From Batkoa obscura (Eukaryota), in assembly GCA_030770535.1 (NCBI GenBank), contig JASVEC010000011.1:186001-250000 (forward strand): DNA of 64,000 nt, read 5' to 3'. This document shows positions 37,713-47,570 of the stretch, one piece after another (position 1 is the stretch's first letter; every line of letters starts with the position of its first letter). The translations under genes were made by a program, and so were the position numbers. Below the pieces are notes generated by a model. The model was not told the origin of the DNA, searched no databases, and saw nothing but the letters and a program-made list of their open reading frames with translations.

Positions 37713-40385
37713 TTTAACTTCCACTTACCTTTTACCCATTCTTTAATATTTCTTTTCATTCTAATACAATAATACCCAGTAAGCCCTATAAACAACAAAA
37801 GCCCAAAGGTTGAACCCCACCAAACTAATGGATTACCTAACATATAAAATTTGATTTCATTATCTCCCCAACCACACATTCGAATTCCTCTTCTCATTAA
37901 TGGCCAATCTAAAGCATGAGATGTTAAATGATCAAATTTATCTTCATCTGGTGTTAAGGCATTATTTGTAGACCACATGGCTCTATTTAATCTTATAAAA
38001 TCTCTATAAAAAGTTTCAGGTAATTTTCTTTTTTCAGCTGGGGGTACTATAAAATAGAATAATATTTAATAAAGTTAGAATTGAACTTTAAATTGATTAT
38101 TTTGACTTACATCCTTCATAACTTAATGACTCAATATTCCATAAAGTTTCTTCCTTTTTGGATTTACCATCTTTAACACAATAAACTTCGGATTGAGAAT
38201 AACCCCAATCAGGTAAAGTTGTAAAATCTTTAGCTAATAAGCAATCTAATTCTGGATTTCTTAGTTGAAATCGAGTACTTAATGTTTGTATAACACCTGG
38301 TTTATTTGAATCTAATAAATCATCATATATTTCTATTTTCCATATTTCATATCTATTGTGTGTTTTTGCATCCTCTGAAGAAGCACTTACTTCATATGCT
38401 CTTTTTCCAGTTATAATAGCATCATGATCTTTTTGGACTCTTAAATTTTTTTTTGTTTCAACATGATATAATTTAATTAAATTGCCACTTTCTACTACCC
38501 TTGGATTAATTTCCTAATTATTTATTTAATATACGTATCCATATTCTATAACTCATATAAAAATGACTTACTTTTATAGTGTTAGTAGTAACTTCATCAT
38601 TTTCTGCTGTGTTAAGTAGTTCAATATCAAAAGCAGGTTTAATTGTCCAATCATTATTACTATCTTTATGACTATAGCAAGTAATTTGTTGTTCTTTACT
38701 ACCTTCTGGATAATTGTGAGGATGACTATGTAATAAGCCACCATCTAAACTACCTGATCTTATAGTAGCATTACCCATAAATACTAATTCTAATTATAAT
38801 AAAATAATATTGAATTTAATATTTTAATTATCTAATTTATAAAATAACTTAATTACCTGGTGGTGATTTCCATAATTCATTTCGATTTAATCTAGCTTGA
38901 AACAAAGTATCCATAGTAGCATCTCCAGGTCCAGAATTATTTAAAATTTTAAAGTGAATTTTAAAACATAATAAATAAACAAAGATGGGCATAAATATTA
39001 ATCCAAATGCTCTAGTTATCCAATGTTTAGCATAAACATACTATAATTAAATTGAACTTAAGTATTATAATTGCTAATGTAACAATATTAATGTAACTTA
39101 CCCAACTAAAATTAGGTTCACTTAATAATTGATATAAACTTTCAATTGTATACTATTAAATATAACTTAATATATTCTTAATTTAAATTTAAATTAATTC
39201 TTACTAATCCGACTAATGCCACAGCAAAAAAACCAATCCATTTAACACTATAAAATCATTAATATTATAAGACAATATATATTAATATATATCTTTACCT
39301 CGATGCCAAACCCAAAGAAATACCCAACATAATTAAATTATAGTACCAGTTTCTAGTAAATGGACTAAAAAATAATTATTAAATTATCAAATTCAAATAA
39401 ATAAAGCCATTCCACTTACTTTTTCTGACAAGCATGAAAAGCAACAAAATAATATAATGACATAGCAATAAAACACAATAACATAGAATCCAATAAAATA
39501 AATCTAGAAATAACAGTCAATCCATTATCTAAAAAAAATTAATACATATCCTTAATAAACCTCTTCTTTCCTTTTACTTACCAAACAATACCATCGATGC
39601 AGCCAATAGAGCTGCATTATCGGACATATTCAATTTCTTGGCAGTAAGAAAACTTAGCGGAACCAAAGCAACGCCAAAGTTGGCATGAAACCATCTCATA
39701 AATGTATAATTCATACCTTCTGGATAATTTCCACCTTCAAATTTAAATGTACCATCATAACCTGCAATTTTACCCCCAACGCCAACTAACATTTTACCTA
39801 ATGGTGGGTGCACATCATGGTAAAAAGTACCTCGTAAATAATGAGAACCAAACTTAAAGTTATTTGTTAATGAGTTTTATTTTATATATTATATATATAC
39901 TTACTTTGCCAAAATGTACCTGATTATATAAGTTGAATTGTTAGTCATGTTATAAAATTATTTAGTTTATAATAATTTTACTTCATCCCAAATAGGTTTA
40001 TTTGCTGCTCCAATACGATAGTAACGAGTAAACATGGACAATAATGTCAACATTGTTAACCATATATTTAATTTGTTTTTAACATAAAATTGAACATACT
40101 AAATAAAAGAGAATAGTGTTAACATTATCATTTGGGAATTAAAATTTCTCTATAATTAGTAAAACAAGTACTTACTTTGTTATTTCTAAATCTAAAGTTA
40201 TCCTCTTCTTTTAATGAAAGTTCAGGTTTTAAAAACCTATCATTAAATTTCACTTCCGATTTAACTTTATCATAATCATAATCCACATCTCCTTTATCTT
40301 CGCCAGTATAATTCAACTCCAAACTAGTATGATGATCCTCAATAGTATTTTGACCCGTTCGTCTCTTTTGTAATTGATTATTCAT
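37268..40385 (-). CDS. PMT2: Dolichyl-phosphate-mannose:protein O-mannosyltransferase, PMT2 subfamily, many exons
   Basis: WDEVHFGKFG, HDVHPPLGKML, ISRFILLDS, VKWIGF, MIR-domain LLHSHPHNYPEGSKEQQITCYSHKDSNN, MWSTNNALTPD..IRMCGWGD, GRVLYVHHYFPSLY. Confidence 0.9.
37641..37711. repeat. (AAT)n microsatellite, intronic
   Basis: Pure aat run in the last PMT intron; source of the spurious poly-Ile in the ORF track. Confidence 0.95.
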
Positions 40386-40722
40386 CCTTTTTAACAAAAA
40401 AGAAACTTTCTGTAAATAAAAAGATAAATTTTTGATTTCTCAACTTTTAGATTTTGGAACTTAATTTTTGTCCTAATAAAATCGATATTTATAGCCACTA
40501 TGATGTAATCCTTAGATTAAGGTACTTTAAGTTAATTGGAAGAAAACAGAACTAGTAAGCCTATACTTCTAATGGTGGGATACTTTGTTAAGTTTTTGAA
40601 TCATCTTTGTTGATTTCAATATCTGTATTGATAATGTAGAAATCGCGTTATACAGCATTGGATATTTAAAAATTATTTTGGGATATTTAAAATCTTAAAA
40701 TATGAAGTTACGTCAACCTATA

Positions 40723-40795
40723 GTCTCAATAGTGTAGTGGTTATCACGCTTCCTTCACACGGAAGAGGTCTCCAGTTCGAACCTGGATTAAGACA
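40723..40795 (+). tRNA. tRNA-Val(CAC), with one acceptor-stem mismatch
   Basis: A-box tagtgtagtgg, anticodon arm cttcc-ttCACac-ggaag, T arm tccag-ttcgaac-ctgga, acceptor gtctcaa/ttaagac, discriminator A. Confidence 0.9.
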
Positions 40796-41470
40796 TAAAT
40801 GGGATTTGTTTTTATCTTTCTATAGAAGATAAAGGTACCAAGTTATAAAAAAATTTCGAATTTATTGTTCTCTAAGTCAAGTGATTTTCTGGTTGATTGT
40901 ATTATAGTTCATGGCTCTCTTATTATTATTAAAATAGCTCAATTTAATTAAAGAATTCAAAGTATAATAAGCTATTTTTAATTATTTTATTTTTCATATT
41001 TTATATTATTGTTTTAATAGTAGAATCACCAACAAGTTGTATGAAAGCTGGATATTAAAAGAAATGCTTTGATATTTCATTGAATTTTTTCATGCTTTCT
41101 GATTTTGTTGATTAGTGATATTAAATTAGTAGTCTCCACAGAAACTTTAACAACGGTGGTATTTAAAGACATTTGAATATAGAAAATGGAAGATTTTAAT
41201 ATTTTCAATAGTCATTTTAATTGACAACTTTTGTTACTTTCTAATAAACATTGAAAGATTAAACAAACTCTATGAATATATAACCAAGGCTTAACAATAT
41301 AATAACCATTTCAACTTTTTATCAATTCATATTGAAAGTGATTTAGTAGTGACCTATTTCTATTTGACTCATATTGTCACAACTTAAAGTAACTTTAAAT
41401 ATTACTTTCAAAAACTATGAAAAATTCAACTAAAAAAATATATCATTATTTATTTAAAGAATTAAAAAAT

Positions 41471-42682
41471 TTAAAAGAATTTTTTTTGACAAGAATGACC
41501 ACAATAAATGCATCTTAATCTAGGTGGGATTTTAAATGCAATTCGATTTAAAGTTCGAAGAAATTGTTCATAATAAGTGGAATGGCCTTCATCTAATGGT
41601 TGATAAACATGTATCTTTGAAGGTGAATTAGTACATGGACATTCATGCTGTAATACTCGTATCCTTTTAGCTATAATTTCCCCTTTTTCTTCTTCTTCCT
41701 CTTCTTCTTCTTCTTCTACTACTACTCGAGACCTTTTTAAGTTACTTTGCTCAAGTTTCTCTGCTATTTTTTCTTCACCGTTACTTTGCTTAACCTCTAC
41801 ATCTCCGTTTTCTTCATTTCTATTATATTCTACCCTACTTTCATCCTTTCGTGTATCCTCTACTATTTTTTCTTCAGCGCTACTTTGATTGTCCTCTGTA
41901 TCCCCATCCTCTACACTTACATTCTCTTGTATATTGCCTTCTCTTTCCTCTATATCTTCCGTTATTTCTTCTTCAGCATCAAAATGTTCTGTCTCGCCAT
42001 TTATGTTCTCTTCGATCCTGCTTTCCCCTTTTCCTGTACCTTCCGCTGTTTTTTCTTCAACAATACTTTGATCAGTGTCTAGATATCCGTTCTTTCCATT
42101 TCCATTCTCTTGATTATTACTTTTTTCCTTTTCTACACCCTCCGTATTTTCTTGCTGTGCTGTTTCTTCTGATTTTTTTTCTTTACTACTATTACCTGTT
42201 TTTATTTCTTTAGTGATATTTTCTTCATTTTCGTCTACCCTTATTTCTTCTTGAATACCACTTTCAGTTTGTATACTCTCAATAATCTTTTCTTCTTTTG
42301 TTTCTAGTTTAACTTCTTCATTACTGGATTCTTTTTTTATAAATTAATTAATATTTAAAAATTAAGTGAAATAATTACCATTATAAGATTCTTCGACAAT
42401 TTTTATCATTTCTTCAGCATCAATTTCTGCAAACTCAAAAATATTAATTTTTTTAAGACTTGAATTGGATCTCAATGGTCTACTGCTCTTCGTTGGCGTA
42501 AGGTTTTCACTTACTTCCTTTTTATCATTGGTATTAACTTTTCTTCCCATCTTTTTAGCATTAGTATTAACTTTTCTTCCCATCTTTTTATCATTAGTAT
42601 TAACTTTTCTTCCCATCTTTTTATTATCGGTGCTAAGTTTTCTTGCCATCTTTTTATTGTCGGTATTAGCCTTTCTTGCCAT
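41471..42682 (-). CDS. Unknown protein: basic 11-aa repeats, Glu-rich linker, C-terminal Cys/His motif (2 exons)
   Basis: ATG at 42682; intron ~42332-42378; the second exon reads open through the acidic region to ..HECPCTNSPSKIHVY..LRCIYCGHSCQKKFF* (stop 41471-41473). Confidence 0.65.
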
Positions 42683-42684
42683 TT
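42519..42684 (-). repeat. 33-bp coding tandem repeat x5 (M[AG]RK[ALV][NS]T[DN][NDA]KK)
   Basis: Recurrent ttttctt(c/g)ccatctttttatcatt(a/g)gtattaac units. Confidence 0.9.
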
Positions 42685-44194
42685 TTATATGTTTTTTCGA
42701 GTACCTTGGATATTGTTTATCGATAAAATGCTTTAATTTTTTAAAGTTCAAAATTTAACAGTTAAATTCTAGATTTAATATTTTTAGTTAAATATCCTTA
42801 AAACTCCGTTTTATTGAATAAAATTAATTACAATAATAATAACCAGTTATTATTTAGCCAATTTTTTTTATTAATGAAGATGACGTATAAGTCTAAATCA
42901 ATTATCTACTGCAACCAATTTAACACATAAAAAGCGAATAGCTTTTTTGTTTGCCAAATTTAACTTGAGCCATCCTAAGAGAGCTTCAACTAATCAGGTT
43001 AATTCGATACCTCCTTAAGATCGACTTGATTAGTTGAAACTGTTTATATGGCAAAAATTCATACTAGGAGAATTTAAAAAAATGTATTGATATATTTCCT
43101 AACAATCAAGCGCATATGCTATATATTTACGTCATGGCCAGAAGTAGCTTTTAACCAGTGAACCCATAAATTTAAGCGATCAAATCAATTAACGACTAAA
43201 TATTATATATTGGTTATTAAACGTGTAAAAACACTATTAGCATAAGAAGTTAATTTTAGCCGCTTTTAACAAAAATTTAGAGACCCTTGAGGGGTTAATA
43301 GTTTATCAAGAAAATCTAGGTTTAAAAAACCACCTTTTGTATTCCGAAATTCTAGCTGACTGTTCTCATTTGTTGAAATTTTGCATACTGACTTTTTGAT
43401 TGGCTAATTAACTATAATTAATATATCTTATCAGAAACTACAAAACTTATATATATAGCTAATATCCTCTTTGCAGAATAAAATATTATATTTAAAGGTA
43501 CTTACTATAATATTTTGATATACTATACAATACTTAATATTGTTTTCTTATTTTTAATAATAATTTAATGTTTAACTATATAAATACACAATATTGCTTA
43601 CCTATTTTAATTCTAACCAAATTTATTTCTAGTTTTATATTTAAACTTAGTTATAAATAACTTAAATAATTTTTAATTTATTTAAAATATAAATTCAATT
43701 ATAAATTCTGATTTAAATATATTTATTTATTTGAAATATAATAACGACTATGAAATTTTAATTTTTAATCCTTTTTTTATAATTATTTTTACAATATTTC
43801 ATATAGTTTACTTATTATATATTATTTTTTATACAATAAGTTTATTTTAATTATATAGTTTAAAACTTTTCAATTTATAAGTATTAGCTAAAAAAATATT
43901 TATTGCTTTTTTATTAGCCATTTTAAAATATTATGTTACCAACTTTATAATTAATTATAATAAAATAATTACTTAACTTGTTTATGAAACTAATTACAGT
44001 TTTATAATTGATTTGATTATAATTTATGTAATATAATTAATTCAGAGTTTTTTATATTAGTTTGTTATAAGAATATTTACTCTTTAATTGCAAAAAATCT
44101 TATCTTTTTATTTTTATACCTATATCTAGTAACTATAACAAAAAATAATTATTATCATGTTTTTCATATATAATCCCTTAATTAATATATATAT

Positions 44195-44291
44195 GAGGAT
44201 GTTTTTTTTGGTTTCATTATTTTTTCTCTTTTAAGCGCTATTTGAGTGGAAAAATTGTTAGTAAAATTCTTAAACATAAAAATACATCCCC
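44195..44291 (+). mobile_element. MITE copy
   Basis: gaggatgtttt...aaatacatcccc; TSD atat/atat. Confidence 0.92.
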
Positions 44292-44361
44292 ATATATAGT
44301 ATAATAACTCGAAGCTTTTTTATTAAATTGTCTCCTGATATTGTACCTTTAATAAAGCCAC

Positions 44362-44857
44362 TGTGAAAGTTGGTACTCAGTGATAGGAGTTAGGAGCAGT
44401 TCTTGGTTGATTAGCTTGCCTTGAGTCGAAGGGTCTTAGTTTATATAACTAAGATAGACTTAAATGAATAAGAATAATACGTAATAAGTTACGAACTATG
44501 TAAAACAAATAGAATAGACAATACTACTATAAAATCTACGTAAGACGTTGTCAGAAAGACTTAGTGGCTTTATTAATAGTATGATATCAGGAAGTAATTC
44601 AGTTAAAAAGCCTCGAGTTAGTATGTTGAAGGATCTCTTTTATACTCCAACAAGTATGGATATCAAAACGATAGGATAATATTCTTTGCAATATGCAGTT
44701 GGAAATTCTCGCAGCAAATCAAAATAAGGGACTCTGGATTGATTGTACCACATGGATCACGGTCAAATTGATCGCAAGACTACAACTAGTTTTGTAACCA
44801 AGTCAAATGATTATTATCCTATAATTAATCCGAGAGCTGATAAACCAATATTTCACA
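44362..44857 (+). mobile_element. 496-bp solo-LTR-like element with 4-bp TSD (CCAC)
   Basis: Begins tgtgaaagttgg and ends ccaatatttcaca (TG...CA with short inverted termini); ccac at 44358-44361 and 44858-44861; no coding capacity. Strand assignment arbitrary. Confidence 0.8.
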
Positions 44858-45732
44858 CCACTAAGTTTTATAGTATTTTACGTAGATTTTACAGTAGTAC
44901 TTTTTACTCTATTTATTTTACATAGTCCGTAGCTTATTGTGTACTATTCCTATCAATTTAAGTTTATCTTAGTTACATAAACTAAGACCTTTCAATTTAT
45001 ACCCAGTTAATTAAGCTAGAACTGCTTTTAACTATAACCACTGAGTACCAACTTCACATAGTAAAATTATCTGAAATTAATTAAATTTATTATAAAACTA
45101 TAGTTAGTTTTATAAATAATATAAATGATTATCATGTTATAATTAATCATAAAGCTGGTAAAGCAATATTTTATAACAAGCATTAAATATAAAATCTAAT
45201 GCTTAGTAAAAAAGCAATAAAAGTTTTTAAATTATTTATCTATTATAAATTAAGGGTTTTTAGTTTTAATAGCTAAAATAAATTTATCAAGCAAAAAAAT
45301 AGTATATAATAATAAATTATATAAAAAACTAATTAAAAAATTTAAAAATTAAACAAGTTTATTGAAACTAAGCATATTAAAATTCAAACAAAAAACATGT
45401 TATAATAATAATAAAATTTATATTTTGTATTAAAATGCTATATATATAAAATATTATCAGTTCTACTTTTTTAATATAACTATTAAATACAAATGTAAAA
45501 ATATAAAGACAATGCTTTATATAATTAAAAAATAAAAACTTCAATAATAAATTTAAGTAAAAACTTTAATTATTTCTGTTGTCATTTAGTTATTTTAAAA
45601 ATTTATTGCTGATAAAAAATTCATCCTTGTAATTTTCTGAACTGAGTTGGCTGAAAAACCTGAAATTAGAGTAGTACAAAGTTGTAGTCTGAATGTTGAT
45701 TATATACTTAAAAAAAGTGCCTCATATAAAAC

Positions 45733-45804
45733 GGTTCCATGGTGTAATGGTTAGCACCCAAGGTTTTGATCCTTGTAATCCGAGTTCGATTCTCGGTGGG
45801 ACCT
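45733..45804 (+). tRNA. tRNA-Gln(TTG)
   Basis: Acceptor ggttcca/tgggacc, A-box tggtgtaatgg, anticodon arm caagg-ttTTGat-ccttg, T arm ccgag-ttcgatt-ctcgg. Confidence 0.95.
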
Positions 45805-46206
45805 TTAATGGTGATGGGTTTGATTCTTTTCATTTGACTAAGAAAATATACCAATCTTTAATATTTTTTGAAAGATGTAATTCCTAATGTTATCCATTTA
45901 CCATCCATCTTAATAGCATTAGTTAGAATAAAAAAGTAGATAAAAATGACATTATTAAGTACAAATCATATTTTTTTTATTAAACACAGTTGTTTAACTC
46001 AACATTACCCACAATTATACAAAACGTAATATAATTTTATATAAAGCCATTAAAGAACAAAGGAGTTTTAATAACTATTATTTTTGTCTAACTATTAAAA
46101 ATCTAGCTTTAACCATTTGTTTATATACAAACAAATAATATTTATTTAAAATGCATCTGTTTTATCTTATAGAAGCTTGTTTAATAAATTTTTATAGTCA
46201 GCATTT

Positions 46207-46306
46207 GGGGATGTGTTTTTGTGTTTAGGAATTTTATTAACAATTTCTCCACTCAAATAGTGCTTAAAAGATAGAAAAAAGTGATGAAGCCAAAAAAAAG
46301 ACCCTT
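46207..46306 (-). mobile_element. MITE copy (reverse orientation)
   Basis: ggggatgtgttttt...aaaaagaccctt; TSD attt/attt. Confidence 0.85.
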
Positions 46307-46530
46307 ATTTAATGATTATATTTAGTGAAAAGATTTGTTAAGATAAAAATTAAAGCACTTATTGAGACCTAGTTTATATCAAAATAATATTTATACATTT
46401 ATGGACTTTTAGTATTATATATTGTCATTTTTGAATGTTAAAATTAAAATTAAGATTTTAAGCATCTAAAAATAATTAAAAAGATTATTATATAGAAACA
46501 ATTAATTATCAAAATTGATAAATAGTATAT

Positions 46531-46631
46531 GGGGGTGTTTTTTTAGCTTCATTATTTTTTCCATTTTTTAAGCGTTATTATTTAAGCGGAAAGATTGTTA
46601 ATAAAATTCTTAAACATAAAAATACATCCCC
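46531..46631 (+). mobile_element. MITE copy
   Basis: gggggtgtttt...aaatacatcccc; TSD atat/atat. Confidence 0.92.
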
Positions 46632-47570
46632 ATATATAATACGTACGATATTTTTATAAGTTACAGTTTACTATAAGTCCATAAAATAAATAAAAGTTAA
46701 TAAAGTTATATTTTTAAACTCTGAACTTAATTTTGTTAGCAAAATTTTGAAAATTAATAAAAATGTTATGATCTATAATTATATAATTATATTGCTATTA
46801 AACAATACTTATTTGAATTAGAAGATGTATTTTAAATAATTATAGCAAAAAAAAACAAATGTATAAAAGGCATTTTGAAATTATGAAAAAAGTATTATGA
46901 AGCCTTATAAATATAAACTTAGAAAATAGTACTATAAATTGTTTGCTAACTTTATAAATCTAATGTTTTTATACTTTGATTTAAAATAAATTTTTACATT
47001 GATGTAATAGATTATTATATGGTCATATAGCTTTTGTAATTTATAAATCATTTACAAAGCTTCGGTTTTATAAGATTGGCTCTAATATGGGACTGTAACA
47101 TTAAAACTGTTAAATATTCATTATTAAACTAATATCTAATGTTTGTTATCAGAATTATAATGAGCTATTTGTTAGTAGTTTTTAATGTCTTTGATATTTT
47201 ATGTGTATAGTTTTATCATCATCAAAAGCATTTAAAGCTTCAGCAACTATAAACGAATTTATGATGTGTAAATAAAAGCAAAACACAAACATTTTGATGG
47301 GAGCCTTGAAGTTCCTGTCCTGATTCTTCTGCTTTTCACATTTCCTAGTCCTCTCTTTAAATTTTTCATAAATAAACCGTATTATCAGCTCCTGACATAT
47401 AACAAAAAATAACTGCTAAATCTACTTTCAAGGCGAATAACAATTAGGCTGAATTTTCACATTTAAGGCCTTTCAATTAAACTCGCCTAAAGTTATTTTT
47501 AGGATTATTTTTTGCAATTGCTGAAGATTAACCTGTTGAGTTGGGGAAACTTGAGTAGTTTTGGGGTAAA

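Larger units (their letters stand above)
43922..45058 (-). mobile_element. Older solo-LTR-like element (reverse orientation), interrupted by a MITE and by a younger copy of itself
   Basis: 43922-~44150, 44305-44361 and 44858-45058 are colinear with the reverse complement of 44362-44857; ends ...gtaccaacttcaca. Confidence 0.75.

Noticed and set aside
42519..42684. CRISPR-like array
   Set aside because: Contiguous 33-bp in-frame coding repeats with no unique spacers, in a eukaryotic context
41747..42758. Hydrophobic + strand ORFs resembling membrane proteins
   Set aside because: Antisense shadows of the Glu/Lys-rich minus-strand gene
44305..45058. DIRS-type ITR/ICR structure, or a single long-TIR element 44362-45058
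   Set aside because: No tyrosine recombinase or RT ORF, and no TSD for 44362-45058; the CCAC duplication at 44358/44858 explains the pattern as self-nesting
45693..45887. 64-aa ORF
   Set aside because: Overlaps the tRNA-Gln gene
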